Both the position numbers and the translations under genes were made by a program. 32,000 nucleotides of DNA. Source: an uncultured Dysgonomonas sp. GTDB lineage: Bacteria; Bacteroidota; Bacteroidia; Bacteroidales; Dysgonomonadaceae. This document shows positions 17,201 to 27,671 of the stretch, in pieces. The stretch is taken from NCBI RefSeq assembly GCF_934668725.1, contig NZ_CAKUOF010000022.1:4562-36561 (forward strand), read 5' to 3'. Numbering within the stretch: the stretch's first letter is position 1; the number at the start of each line of letters is the position of its first letter. The notes under the pieces were generated by a model. That model saw only the letters and a list, made by a program, of their open reading frames with translations, had not been told where the DNA came from and did no database searches.

Positions 17201-17884
17201 TCAGAATCTATAACCTACGCCTCCTACAAAATTACCCGTACGACCTCCCAAATTGACTTCACCAAAGACAAATATTTTTTTGCCAAACGAAAATCCTATC
17301 GGAGTCAACATAAACTCGTTATCGAATGTAGTATTGTTACTCTTTGCCGAGTTTCTTTTCGAATCCATTTTATAACGTGTTATGTCCCAATAAAAACTCC
17401 ATCCAATACCCGAGTAAAGACGAAACTTCTCTTTCGCAAGCCACGAATATCTGATCATAGGTGTAAAAGCAACATTATGCCCTTTCAGGTAACCGGCTTT
17501 TGAGTCATCAATACGATTATAGAAATCGGTATTATATCCACTATAGGACAATGCCCCTCCAAACGAGAAACGAAGGTCGGACATGTTATAGAAATAATTA
17601 AGACCAAATACGCCTGTTGTTTTTGTTGCACCGCTATAAGTGGCTGCACCAAAATAGTCGTTGCCGTAATACCCCCCATAGCTTGGATAATAGCCGTAGC
17701 CGTAGCCATAACCGTAGCCGTAGCCAGACATGTAATAAAAACGGTCGTAATAACTTTCGTCATTTACAGAACCATACGACAATCGAAGTTCGTGCTTATT
17801 CTCTTTGAAAAACTCTTTTTTCTGGGCAAAAATAGCCGAACTAAAAGCACATAGCAGTAGCGTGAACAGATAAATTCTCTTCAT
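17201..17884 (-). CDS. Outer membrane beta-barrel protein with Gly-Tyr repeat
   Basis: 227 aa; signal MKRIYLFTLLLCAFSSAIFA, alternating beta-strand pattern and C-terminal NLGGRTGNFVGGVGYRF. Confidence 0.75.
   Translation of the reverse strand: MKRIYLFTLLLCAFSSAIFAQKKEFFKENKHELRLSYGSVNDESYYDRFYYMSGYGYGYGYGYGYYPSYGGYYGNDYFGAATYSGATKTTGVFGLNYFYNMSDLRFSFGGALSYSGYNTDFYNRIDDSKAGYLKGHNVAFTPMIRYSWLAKEKFRLYSGIGWSFYWDITRYKMDSKRNSAKSNNTTFDNEFMLTPIGFSFGKKIFVFGEVNLGGRTGNFVGGVGYRF
17691..17726 (-). repeat. Hexanucleotide tandem repeat encoding (Gly-Tyr)n in the barrel protein
   Basis: Six near-identical 6-nt units: tagccg tagccg tagcca taaccg tagccg tagcca. Confidence 0.85.
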
Positions 17885-17942
17885 ATCAAATTGTTTTAAT
17901 TAATAAAATTTTAGTTGTTTATCGTATTTTAACGCGCGTTTT

Positions 17943-18926
17943 TTAGAAATTTTTGTATTCGAAAACCTTGATTTCATTACATGCACCGAGTATACCTAAT
18001 CCTCCATGAATATTGGTATGCACAACAATTGGCTCAGACACTTTATCCGAAGATACTTGCTGGCTACGCTGTAATGATGAGTAGTATTTATATAAATCTT
18101 CACTTATTGATTGCAATCTTACTGTCAGATGCCGTTTCATGGTAACGGAGTCTTCTGGAAAATACCAATAATAGGCTGAATTTTCGACATAAAACGATAG
18201 AGTATATTCTTTACCTGCAAATGTCGCATTACGAAATACCGAGAAATTATTATAGACAGAAGATGCTAATCCGGTATTTGAATTAATGGGGCTTCCTTTA
18301 TATCCGTCTGTTAATACAGGGTCATTTGAATAATACGATGAATAAGTAAAATGCTCACGAATAGTATCACCCTTTAAATAAAAAAAACTGTTATTTACCA
18401 ACAAACGGTAATAATTGTCTCTTGCCGGAATATCTTTTATCGTCAATTTAAACATCGTATAATTTACCAGTCTGCCATATTCAATACGATTGAAACTTGC
18501 GGTATCAACCGAAACGACTTGTGGAGCCGGCGGTAAAATAGCCATTGACTCGAGCACTTTCCCCTTATAATATGACTTTAAATTTAATTTATCCCCCTCT
18601 TTCAATCTCGCCAATAAAATATAAGCAGTATCAGCATCACTATATTTTAGATAAGATGTATTCCCATTTAAGCTTAGGTTAAACTCAGCATCATTGATTA
18701 TATCATACCCCCATTTATCATTTATCCCGGAGTTTAATGTATCCCTGTTATATATAGGACGACTTTTACTCATATAAAAATAACTTGTATCGCTATTGGC
18801 ATACAATAGTCCGTTTAAAACCACATGTGGAGTTATAGAAACACCTCCTATATCGACTACTTTCTCGAAGTCGCACGATGAGAACAAAATAGTGGTAAGT
18901 GACAATATGACAAATAGTTTTCTCAT
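17943..18926 (-). CDS. DUF4249 domain-containing lipoprotein
   Basis: 327 aa; LFSSCDFEKVVDIGGVSITPHVVLNGLLYANSDTSYFYMSKSRPI, 3-nt gap from the upstream TonB receptor gene, typical DUF4249 layout. Confidence 0.8.
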   Translation of the reverse strand: MRKLFVILSLTTILFSSCDFEKVVDIGGVSITPHVVLNGLLYANSDTSYFYMSKSRPIYNRDTLNSGINDKWGYDIINDAEFNLSLNGNTSYLKYSDADTAYILLARLKEGDKLNLKSYYKGKVLESMAILPPAPQVVSVDTASFNRIEYGRLVNYTMFKLTIKDIPARDNYYRLLVNNSFFYLKGDTIREHFTYSSYYSNDPVLTDGYKGSPINSNTGLASSVYNNFSVFRNATFAGKEYTLSFYVENSAYYWYFPEDSVTMKRHLTVRLQSISEDLYKYYSSLQRSQQVSSDKVSEPIVVHTNIHGGLGILGACNEIKVFEYKNF

Positions 18927-18929
18927 TTC

Positions 18930-21521
18930 TTATTTGAATTTATATGTAAATGATACAGAAGGAACTACTCCAAGTAATGAACTCTCTATTATCACTCTAT
19001 CATTATATCCGTAACCACCTACACGAGCCATGTAGGGATTTAATCTGCCATACACATTATATACACCCAGAGCCCAGATTTTCCGTGGCGACCGGTAATA
19101 TTTCAGCTCTAAATCCAGATGGTGGGTATCCGACATTTTATAATTATTACGACCACTAATATATTTTACGGAAGGATAGCCATAGTAATTCTGGTATGGA
19201 TCATCTCCGGCATTAGGTAAGGGCTGATATTCTTCAAGAGGCAAAGTACTTCTACTACCGGTTGCATACACCCATGAAGCTAGAAGAGCTATTTTTTTAC
19301 TACACTGGAATGTACCTGTTATATTAAAATTATGCCTGCTATCGTATTTTGCAGGAAAAAGTCGTCCTTTATTTATTGTCTTGAAACGGCGTTCGTTCCA
19401 CGACAATGTATATCCCAGCCATCCAGTAAAACGCCCTTGTGTTTTTTGGGCAAATAGTTCCATTCCATAAGACCATCCCTTACCCGATTCAACATATTCT
19501 ACCCACGAAGTAAACGCATCTTTCCATGCCACGCCATCTTTATATTCAAGCACATTATTCATCCTCTTATAAAACCCTTCAACCGAAAAATTATATCCAC
19601 TTTTTGTATCGACAAACAAACCTCCTGTAAATTGATGGGAAGACATGGGTCTGAACTTCTCGGTTATCGGCACCCATAGATCGGTAGGCTGACTTATTGT
19701 ATTAGATGATAACAAGTTTACAAATTGATTCATTTTAGTATAAGAGGCCTTAACGGCAACTTTAGGAGACAACTCATACCCTAAAGATACGCGCGGTTGC
19801 AATGCCAAATATGTCTTACTTTGGACGTTAAAGACCGAAAAATGAAGCCCAAGATTGCTTCTTAATTTCTTTGTAATAAAGAATTCATCTTCAGCATATA
19901 GTGACAATTCCTGACCTCTTATCTTGTCATATAAATAATAATTTAGCTTCCACTCCTGATTGTCATTGCCCATTTCTCTTACTTGATAACCATGCATCTC
20001 CGGACTGAACTGATGCAATATTACACCTCCTCCAAAACGGAAATAGTGATTATTATCGGGCTGATATTCAAAATCGGAACTGAGCTGCCAATCTTTAATT
20101 CCTGATCTTTGAAATCCTGCATAGTTTTGTCGATGCTCCTCATATTTATCATCGACGAATGACCTGAAGTTAAATTTATATTTATTGTATGCTAAAGTGT
20201 TATTCATGAATAATTTATTATTAATCACATAATTCCATCTCAGAGACATTATATCATTACCCCATCCATAGCTGTAGTTGGTCTTATTATAAGACTTTAC
20301 ATCATCCCCTTCATAGCTGGTCATATCACTTTTTGTATCTAATTTGTCACGACCGCTATAATAGCTCAGATAAAGCCGGCTCCGATCCGAGAACTTATGA
20401 TTTATCTTGGCATTCATATCGTAGATATAAACCAAACCATTGGGAAAAAGAGAAGTATAGGTTATTCGTTGAATAGCATCAATATAAGAACGTCGTGCCG
20501 AGAAACTATAAGATGTTTTACCTTTTACAATAGGCCCCTCTATATTCATTCTGGCAGCAAATAAGCTGACAGTAAAATCTCCATGAAATTTTTGCATATC
20601 TCCATCTTTAAAACGAATATCAACAACAGATGAAAGACGTCCACTAAAACGGGCGGGAAAACTTCCTTTATGCAAGGATACTTTCTTTACTGCATCACCA
20701 TTAAAAACAGAAAATATCCCCCACATGTGCCCTGTGTTATAGACCGGAACTCCATCAATCAGAATCAGGTTTTGATCGGGGCTTCCTCCCCGTACATACA
20801 TTCCTGCCGAACCTTCTACTCCTGCTCTAATTCCCGGTATAGTCTGGAAGGATTTCAGTATATCATTTTCACTAAAAGCAGCAGGTATCGGTTTAGTTTC
20901 TGAACCTGACAACTCGATAGAACCACTTGAAGGAGAAAATGATTTTGTATTATACACTGTCACATCCTGCAATATGGCACTAGATTCCTTCAAGCGAAAA
21001 TTAACAATTGTATCATTCTGCACATAAAAACTTTTCGAAAGAGGTTTAAATCCGATGTAAGATGCTTGTAAATTAACACTATCCGGCATAACCTGAATTG
21101 AATAATAGCCATAAGAGTTAGTGAAGTTACCGGCACCCGATCTTCTATCACTGATTGCTGCCCCTAGCAAGGTCTCCATTGAGTTCTGATCTGTTACATA
21201 CCCTGATATGGTAATTTTCTTCGCCTTGTTCAGAATAATATGGCTACCCTCTATTTGCCAACTGATACCGGTTCCACCAAAAATTTGCTTCAATGTTCCA
21301 TCAATGGGCATTTGATATATAGATATGTCTTTTCGCTGTTCCATATTCAGGTTTTCATTAAACACAAACGTGTAGTTACATTTTGTTTCCACCGTTCTGA
21401 CTATCTCTTTGAGGGTATTATTTTTCATCTCCAGAGTTATAGAGGTTGTTTGAGCATATCCTGTAAATACGAATAAACAAATAAATAAAAACAAAAGGGG
21501 TATCCTAACAGATATGTACAT
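18930..21521 (-). CDS. TonB-dependent receptor with N-terminal STN (secretin/TonB signalling) and carboxypeptidase-regulatory-like domains
   Basis: 863 aa; STN region ITLEMKNNTLKEIVRTVETKCNYTFVFNENL, CarbopepD_reg-like ISGYVTDQNSMETLLGAAISDRRSGAGNFTNSYGYYSIQ, plug PGIRAGVEGSAGMYVRGGSPDQNLILIDGVPVYNTGHMWGIFSVFN. Confidence 0.93.
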   Translation of the reverse strand: MYISVRIPLLFLFICLFVFTGYAQTTSITLEMKNNTLKEIVRTVETKCNYTFVFNENLNMEQRKDISIYQMPIDGTLKQIFGGTGISWQIEGSHIILNKAKKITISGYVTDQNSMETLLGAAISDRRSGAGNFTNSYGYYSIQVMPDSVNLQASYIGFKPLSKSFYVQNDTIVNFRLKESSAILQDVTVYNTKSFSPSSGSIELSGSETKPIPAAFSENDILKSFQTIPGIRAGVEGSAGMYVRGGSPDQNLILIDGVPVYNTGHMWGIFSVFNGDAVKKVSLHKGSFPARFSGRLSSVVDIRFKDGDMQKFHGDFTVSLFAARMNIEGPIVKGKTSYSFSARRSYIDAIQRITYTSLFPNGLVYIYDMNAKINHKFSDRSRLYLSYYSGRDKLDTKSDMTSYEGDDVKSYNKTNYSYGWGNDIMSLRWNYVINNKLFMNNTLAYNKYKFNFRSFVDDKYEEHRQNYAGFQRSGIKDWQLSSDFEYQPDNNHYFRFGGGVILHQFSPEMHGYQVREMGNDNQEWKLNYYLYDKIRGQELSLYAEDEFFITKKLRSNLGLHFSVFNVQSKTYLALQPRVSLGYELSPKVAVKASYTKMNQFVNLLSSNTISQPTDLWVPITEKFRPMSSHQFTGGLFVDTKSGYNFSVEGFYKRMNNVLEYKDGVAWKDAFTSWVEYVESGKGWSYGMELFAQKTQGRFTGWLGYTLSWNERRFKTINKGRLFPAKYDSRHNFNITGTFQCSKKIALLASWVYATGSRSTLPLEEYQPLPNAGDDPYQNYYGYPSVKYISGRNNYKMSDTHHLDLELKYYRSPRKIWALGVYNVYGRLNPYMARVGGYGYNDRVIIESSLLGVVPSVSFTYKFK

Positions 21522-21529
21522 GCAAACTC

Positions 21530-22492
21530 TTATTTTCGGGTCACTATTTTATATTTATCTCCATACTTGATGTAGGTAAACTCTGCCGCCTGACCCAATA
21601 TTGTCAGTGCTTTTTCTACCGATTCGCCCGAAGCAAAACGCACTGTTATACGCAACTGCTGTAATGCCTCATTGTCAATTTCGAAATTTACATTATGCTC
21701 ACGCGATAAAACTTCTAAAATATTAATAAGAGGCTCATTATCGAACATCAATACATTATTGCACCAAGCTTTCTCTATATCTGGATTTTTCAACTGCTGC
21801 ACTTCGAACTTTTTTGTTTTCTTACTAAAAACAGCTTGTTCGCCGGGTTTAAGCTTCGTAATATATCCTGAGTGTACCCCAACAGATACAATACCGTCAA
21901 ATAAAGTGGTCGTGATGTATTCCTGACTTTCATAAGCATCTATATTAAATTTTGTACCTAAGACTTTTACCTCTATATTTTTAGCTTTTACAATAAATGC
22001 TTGGCTGTTTTTTTTAGCGACATCAAAATATGCTTCTCCCTCTAAAGATACCTCACGGGTTTTGCCATTCATATTTTGAGGGTAAGTAATCGATGACTTA
22101 CTATTAAGTATCACAAAAGAGCCATCGGGTAGTTTCACTTCTTTCTTCTCCCCATAGGAAGTTGCTACATATACCATTACCGGTTGTTTAATATAATTAT
22201 ATACAACTGTTGATATAAATGAGAGCAATAATATGGCTGCTACATAACTCGCATATTTAACAAAAGGCTGTTGTATGAACGATTGGTTTATTCTTATTTG
22301 TTTCTCAACGAATCTGTACGTTTTATCCGCTCCATATTTATCGGGGAGCATAAGAGGTGTATCATCCGATGTAAAAAAGAGAAAGTCTTTATCCGATAAA
22401 TCCTTTTCGATGAGAGCCTGCTCTTGCTCCGAAAGGGAGAGTCCTTTCAGATATCTTTGACGAGCTTTTTGTATTTTAGTATTATATTTCAT
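21530..22492 (-). CDS. FecR family anti-sigma factor
   Basis: 320 aa; single TM, then VATSYGEKKEVKLPDGSFVILNSKSSITYPQNMNGKTREVSLEGEAYFDVAKKNSQAFIVKAKNIEVKVLGTKFNI. Confidence 0.95.
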   Translation of the reverse strand: MKYNTKIQKARQRYLKGLSLSEQEQALIEKDLSDKDFLFFTSDDTPLMLPDKYGADKTYRFVEKQIRINQSFIQQPFVKYASYVAAILLLSFISTVVYNYIKQPVMVYVATSYGEKKEVKLPDGSFVILNSKSSITYPQNMNGKTREVSLEGEAYFDVAKKNSQAFIVKAKNIEVKVLGTKFNIDAYESQEYITTTLFDGIVSVGVHSGYITKLKPGEQAVFSKKTKKFEVQQLKNPDIEKAWCNNVLMFDNEPLINILEVLSREHNVNFEIDNEALQQLRITVRFASGESVEKALTILGQAAEFTYIKYGDKYKIVTRK

Positions 22493-22562
22493 CTTTTATC
22501 TCTCTGTTTTATCGCTTTCAATAATAAAGAGTACGAAAAATAAAAATACCCCTATGGAGAAT

Positions 22563-23138
22563 TTAAAAAAATACGATAAAAAGATTTTCTTTTAGTTCTT
22601 CATACAAAAGCTTCACAGCCTTATTCATCTGATTATCTACAGTCTTAGGTGATATTCCTAACATTTCTGCAACTTCGGAATATTTTTTGCGTTCTTCACG
22701 TACCAGACGAAATACTTCGGCACAACGAGGGGGTAACTTTTCTAATGCCTGCTTATATTTCTTTTGTAATTCAACATCTACGATATCAAAATCTGTTTCG
22801 TCACTGCTGTTATAGTTAGTGTCAGGTAGATTCTCGATAAGTAACTCTGTCTTTTTTCGATAATTTTTTTCGACATAACGGGCAGCTGCATGTTTTAGTG
22901 CTATAAAAAGATAAGCATCGGAATTGGTTATAGTATCTAAGATTTTACGGCTTTGCCACAACGCAACAAAAACGTCTGCTACGACTTCTTGTGCATAATC
23001 GGGATTGTTATTTAAATAATAAAGAGCTTGCCGAAACAACTTTGTATAATAATGATTATAAAGCAAGCGGAACGAATCCGGGCAATCAGACTCGGCTATT
23101 TCTTTCAGAAGATTTGATATGTCTTTCTTATATTCCAT
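22563..23138 (-). CDS. ECF RNA polymerase sigma-70 factor (Bacteroidetes FecI-like)
   Basis: 191 aa; region 2 LFRQALYYLNNNPDYAQEVVADVFVALWQSR and region 4 LPPRCAEVFRLVREERKKYSEVAEMLGISPKTVDNQMNKAVKLL. Confidence 0.95.
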   Translation of the reverse strand: MEYKKDISNLLKEIAESDCPDSFRLLYNHYYTKLFRQALYYLNNNPDYAQEVVADVFVALWQSRKILDTITNSDAYLFIALKHAAARYVEKNYRKKTELLIENLPDTNYNSSDETDFDIVDVELQKKYKQALEKLPPRCAEVFRLVREERKKYSEVAEMLGISPKTVDNQMNKAVKLLYEELKENLFIVFF

Positions 23139-23346
23139 GCAGCGGGCAAAGGTAGTAAGAAAGAATTTAAATATAATTTATTTATATTTTCATTAACTCC
23201 ATGCTTTTAAACTCTTTCAATCAACAAAATATCATTTTCCCGTATTGGCAAAGAATATTACAACACTTATTTAAAACATTAACAGCTATAACTATTAACA
23301 TATTTTACATTCAGAAATTATAATTTTCTTCCCTTTTTCTCATTCA

Positions 23347-23354
23347 CAAATATA
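23347..23354 (-). promoter_or_regulatory. Possible Bacteroidetes -7 box upstream of the ECF sigma gene
   Basis: Minus-strand TATATTTG matches TAnnTTTG; no good -33 TTTG at 19-21 nt spacing. Confidence 0.25.
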
Positions 23355-23470
23355 ACTCTATCTGTTCATAAAGTAGCATGCTTTCATGTTCTATCTTCAT
23401 ACAAGAATAGAGTATTAAATCCCATTCTTAGATTCAACACCCTATTTTTGCATAATAATTACTCCCTGTC

Positions 23471-25843
23471 CTATCGCTCTACAATCTCAAAACGTTCTTT
23501 TAATTTAATATCCTGAGAAGAAGAACCTATCCTAACTTCAAAAAAACCAGTCTCTACAACAAACTCGTTGTATTTGTTCCATAAACCTAAATCCTGAGGA
23601 GTAAGAGTGAATTTAACTTCCTTCGTCTCACCGGGTTTTAAATTGATGCGTTCAAATCCTCTAAGAATCTGTGTATATGTGGTAACACTGCTTACTTCAT
23701 CATTCAAATAAAGTTGTACAACCTCATCCCCCTCTATTTTCCCTGTATTTGTAATTCGTACAGAAACATCAATATTTGAAAGAAGTCCTGCCTGATTTGG
23801 AGATACTTCTAAATCAGAATATTCGAAGGTTGTATAACTTAAACCATAACCAAACGGATATAATGCCCCCGATACCCGTACAGGACCGCCTGTGTCAGAA
23901 CCCGGTTTGAATGGAAATGCAAAAGGAATCTGCCCTACAGACTTAGGGTATGTTACAGCTAATTTTCCTCCCGGATTATAATCCCCGAAAAGAACCTCAG
24001 CTAAAGCCGTACCCGTAAATTCGCCGGGAAAAGATGCCTGTATAATTCCAGGTACATATTTATTAGCCCAATTGATTGATACTGCACGACCATCTATCAA
24101 CACTAATATAACCGGTTTCCCGGTAGCATAAACAGCTCTCAGCAAATCCTCCTGATGTCCTGCCAAATCAAGATTAGAACGTGAATAATATTCCCGAACC
24201 GTTTTTTCGGATCCTCCAAGTACCACGATTGCGACATCCGATTCCAGAGCTGCTTTTACAGCTTTATCTATCATTTTCTGATCTTCAATTGATATAGCCT
24301 CCTTTATAATTTCACTTTCCGGAAAATTCTTATCAATTATATCACAGCCTTTTTCATAAATAATCCGGGTACCGGGAAGCAACGTTTCCAATCCTTCTTT
24401 TACAGTTATGATAGGCGGATTAGCGGGACCGTATCGGCAAACAAAATCTTTACGCTCATCCGCATTAGGTCCTATGAGTGCTATTTTTTTTATGCTTTTA
24501 CTTAAGGGTAATATATTATTCTCATTTTTCAAAAGCACCACAGACTGACGTGCCGCATCTAATGCTATTTTTTTATGTTCGGGAGAAGCAACAATCCCAT
24601 CTACTTCCTTTTTATCTCCTGTGTACGGATTGTCAAATAACCCTAATATAAATTTTACACGAAGTATGTCACGCACTCTTGAATCTACAGTTTGTTGAGA
24701 TACTTTTCCTTGTTTTATCGCCTCTCTCAAAGGAAGTATAAAGTCTTCAGGTGGAGTAAAGTTTGTTCGAATATTCAATCCTGCATTCACCACCTCTGCG
24801 GCTGCATCTACTGCATTTCCAGATACTTTATGCTTACTGTACAAATATTCCACAGCTTCACTATCCGAAACTACATACCCTTTGAAGCCCCATTCCTGAC
24901 GTAATATCTCAGTCAAAAAATGATAGTTTCCGGTGATAGGTATTCCATCGTAGTCGTTGTATGAACTCATAACACCTAATGCTCCAGCTTCTTGAAATGC
25001 AACTCTGAATGGCTCGAGAAACAATGTCCTCATCTCCCGTGGAGCCACATGCGGATCGGTTCGAGTCTCCTCATCGCGTCCTCCTACCGGTATGCTATAC
25101 ACTGCAAAATGCTTGGGAGTAGCTATCAGTCCATTTTTTTGGAGTCCTGCAATCATTCTCTTTCCCAATTGGCTTACCAAATACGGATCTTCTCCGTAGC
25201 ACTCTACAACTCTCCCCCAACGAGGGTCTTGTGCAATATCTAAAATTGGGGAATATATATTTGTGTACCCCAAAGCTTTAGCTTCCACAGCCGTTACTTC
25301 AGCTATTTTACTAATCAGTTCTTTGTTCCATGTCGCTCCCTGCCCACTCTGTGCAGGAAAAAGCGTTGCCTGATAATGACAAAGCCCCCTGATACCTTCG
25401 TTAGTAAAATCAACAGGAATACCCAAACGCGTATCTTCTACAAACCAACGTTGAACAGTATTTATTGCATCAACATGTTTTGAGAACGGAAATGCGTATT
25501 CGGATTTAAAACTCCCCAAACCATTATGCTCTTCATCAATATTCCCAATTCCGTCTTTCCATATTTCTGATTTCCATTGAGGGGTTGGCAAAGGATCTTT
25601 CAATACTCTACCCGATCCATAGAGTGTTGCCATTTGAGCCGTTTTTTCATCGGTCGACATTTGGCTTAATAAATCCTCTATACGATCATTTAAACCGGCA
25701 TGAGGATTTTCATAGATATCCATCTTACCATTCTTATTAAAGTCGATCCACCCATTCTTATAAATAGTTTTTGACTGACCACAGACTAAACCTGATGAAA
25801 TAAGAGCCGCTAATACTAATTTTATTTTTAAATTGTTTGTCAT
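23471..25843 (-). CDS. Glycoside hydrolase family 3 (beta-glucosidase/BglX-like), secreted
   Basis: 790 aa; signal peptide, VPVDFTNEGIRGL-type region, TPKHFAVYSIPVGGRDEETRTDPHVAPREMRTLFLEPFRVAFQEAGALGVMSSYNDYDGIPITGN, nucleophile GYVVSDSEAVEYL, C-terminal FnIII-like domain. Confidence 0.95.
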   Translation of the reverse strand: MTNNLKIKLVLAALISSGLVCGQSKTIYKNGWIDFNKNGKMDIYENPHAGLNDRIEDLLSQMSTDEKTAQMATLYGSGRVLKDPLPTPQWKSEIWKDGIGNIDEEHNGLGSFKSEYAFPFSKHVDAINTVQRWFVEDTRLGIPVDFTNEGIRGLCHYQATLFPAQSGQGATWNKELISKIAEVTAVEAKALGYTNIYSPILDIAQDPRWGRVVECYGEDPYLVSQLGKRMIAGLQKNGLIATPKHFAVYSIPVGGRDEETRTDPHVAPREMRTLFLEPFRVAFQEAGALGVMSSYNDYDGIPITGNYHFLTEILRQEWGFKGYVVSDSEAVEYLYSKHKVSGNAVDAAAEVVNAGLNIRTNFTPPEDFILPLREAIKQGKVSQQTVDSRVRDILRVKFILGLFDNPYTGDKKEVDGIVASPEHKKIALDAARQSVVLLKNENNILPLSKSIKKIALIGPNADERKDFVCRYGPANPPIITVKEGLETLLPGTRIIYEKGCDIIDKNFPESEIIKEAISIEDQKMIDKAVKAALESDVAIVVLGGSEKTVREYYSRSNLDLAGHQEDLLRAVYATGKPVILVLIDGRAVSINWANKYVPGIIQASFPGEFTGTALAEVLFGDYNPGGKLAVTYPKSVGQIPFAFPFKPGSDTGGPVRVSGALYPFGYGLSYTTFEYSDLEVSPNQAGLLSNIDVSVRITNTGKIEGDEVVQLYLNDEVSSVTTYTQILRGFERINLKPGETKEVKFTLTPQDLGLWNKYNEFVVETGFFEVRIGSSSQDIKLKERFEIVER

Positions 25844-26351
25844 TATATATTATATTTTACCTTAATAAATAAGGTCTAAGGTTTTATTTTTTTCGACTAC
25901 TCAACTCATCGTTTATCTGCTTTAAGAGTTCAATTTTCATTTAACATTTCGGACTAGCATCTCTTCTGGATAAATCCGATAAGCTACAACCTGAAAATTT
26001 ACTGAATATATTAAAGTTTCATTTACCGGATAAAAGAATCTCACCGGAGCATTACTTTTCGTCAATAACACTCCAATACTTATGTCGTGAATGAAAACCG
26101 GAAGATAAGTATAACGATATTCTGCCCAACATATAAACTATTGCAAGATAAGAAAATTGATTTATACTTTGGCTACTCTTTACCAGTGAATTTTAACTAT
26201 ATTAGAACTTCCATTTATGAAAATCTCAAATCAAAAAAGGAATAAACACACCGCTACTGGACTATATATCTATTTCATTTTTGGTATACCAAAGTACTAA
26301 ATCATTGCTTTAATTTTGCATTTAAGTTTTACCAACTAAATTATTTATTTT

Positions 26352-26795
26352 ATGAAAGAAATTGAAATTGCAACATTAAATCATTTGAATGAATTTGCTC
26401 TACTATTTGATAAGTATCGTGTTTTTTACGAACAGCCATCAGATTTAGCGAGAAGTAAATCTTTTCTGGAAGAACGTATAAGACATAACGAGACAGTTAC
26501 ATTTCTCATAAAGAAGGACAATAAATATGTAGGCTTCGCTCAGCTGTATCCTTTGTATCACTATAAAACTTTGAAACGCCAGTGGCTACTAAGCGACCTC
26601 TTTGTAGATCATGCTTATCGTGGGTGTGGTTTGTCGATAGCACTCATAGACCGCTGTAAACAATATTGTGAAGAAACAGATGCCTGCGGACTATTGCTAG
26701 AAACTCAAAAAACAAATAAAGTAGGTAATAACTTATACCCTAAGTGTGGTTTTGAGTTAGATATTGAACACAATTACTACAATTGGTGGAAATAA
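26352..26795 (+). CDS. GNAT family N-acetyltransferase
   Basis: 147 aa; FLIKKDNKYVGFAQLYPLYHYKTLKRQWLLSDLFVDHAYRGCGLSIALIDRCKQYC...LLLETQKTNKVGNNLYPKCGFELD. Confidence 0.9.
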   Translation: MKEIEIATLNHLNEFALLFDKYRVFYEQPSDLARSKSFLEERIRHNETVTFLIKKDNKYVGFAQLYPLYHYKTLKRQWLLSDLFVDHAYRGCGLSIALIDRCKQYCEETDACGLLLETQKTNKVGNNLYPKCGFELDIEHNYYNWWK

Positions 26796-26804
26796 CAGTA
26801 AAGT

Positions 26805-26842
26805 AAAGAACGTGACAAGAAAAATGCCTTATCACGTTCTTT
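26805..26842. terminator. Bidirectional terminator between convergent GNAT and YggS genes
   Basis: aaagaacgtga (26805-26815) / tcacgttcttt (26832-26842), 16-nt loop, T-rich downstream on the plus strand. Confidence 0.7.
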
Positions 26843-26875
26843 TACTTACCACAAATAATATATTTATTTACCCGT

Positions 26876-27595
26876 CTACTCATTCCAATAAAAACTATCA
26901 GGATATATACGTGCTCCGAAAATAGATGTTCCGACTCGAATCATTGTAGAACCCTCTTCTATAGCAGCTTCGAAATCTCCGCTCATTCCCATAGATAATA
27001 CAGCCATGTCAACTCGGTCGATATTTTCGCCAATTGTTTTTTGTTGTATTTCTTTTAATAACCGAAAACATTTCCGTACCGATTCATTATTGGAACTTAA
27101 AATACCGATAGTCATCAAACCTTTTATATTCAATGTATCGTATTTTGCAACTTGCTTAATCAAACCTATAGCATCATCCGGTAAAACACCAAACTTACTA
27201 TCTTCGAATGAAGTGTTTACCTGTATTAAAATATCTATCGAACGTCCTTCGTACTGAAGGCGTTGATCTAGTTTTTGAGCAAGATCGATCCTGTCAACTG
27301 ACTGAATGCAAGAAGCATACTTTAATACATCTTTTATTTTATTGGTTTGTAAGTGTCCTATAAAATGACGTTCAACCGAACGTCCCTGTAATTCAATATC
27401 TTTATCCCTGAGTTCCTGAATTTTATTTTCGCCAATCAGTTTTTCGCCGCAATCCAGAGCAATTTTTATCCTTTCGGGACTAACAGTTTTGGTAGCAAGT
27501 AAGAGCCTTACATCACTTTCAACTCTGTTAGATAATTCGCAAGCCTTTTTTATCCTGTTATGGATATAGGCGAGGTTATCAGCTATAGTATTCAT
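26876..27595 (-). CDS. YggS-family pyridoxal phosphate-binding protein (PLPBP)
   Basis: 239 aa; LLLATKTVSPERIKIALDCGEKLIGENKIQELRDK, RHFIGHLQTNKIKDVLKYASCIQSVDR, LMTIGILSSN, LSMGMSGDFEAAIEEGSTMIRVGTSIFGAR. Confidence 0.94.
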   Translation of the reverse strand: MNTIADNLAYIHNRIKKACELSNRVESDVRLLLATKTVSPERIKIALDCGEKLIGENKIQELRDKDIELQGRSVERHFIGHLQTNKIKDVLKYASCIQSVDRIDLAQKLDQRLQYEGRSIDILIQVNTSFEDSKFGVLPDDAIGLIKQVAKYDTLNIKGLMTIGILSSNNESVRKCFRLLKEIQQKTIGENIDRVDMAVLSMGMSGDFEAAIEEGSTMIRVGTSIFGARIYPDSFYWNE

Positions 27596-27671
27596 ATAAT
27601 TCTTTTTTTACAAAAATACACATATATGGACTATATTTGTATACCAATTATTACAAAATAAGATATACCAG

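Noticed and set aside
17185-17503. Plus-strand ORF 17189..17503 and other barrel-gene shadows (17485..17763, 17617..17808)
   Set aside because: Low-complexity or antisense translations; barrel protein on the minus strand has signal peptide and C-terminal strand.
25900-26150. Minus-strand open stretch ending AEYRYTYLPVFIHDISIGVLLTKSNAPVRFFYPVNETLIYSVNFQVVAYRIYPEEMLVRNVK in the gap upstream of the GH3 gene
   Set aside because: About 65 codons open, protein-like in parts, but no start codon near its beginning and no recognised family; could be a gene relic, not supportable.
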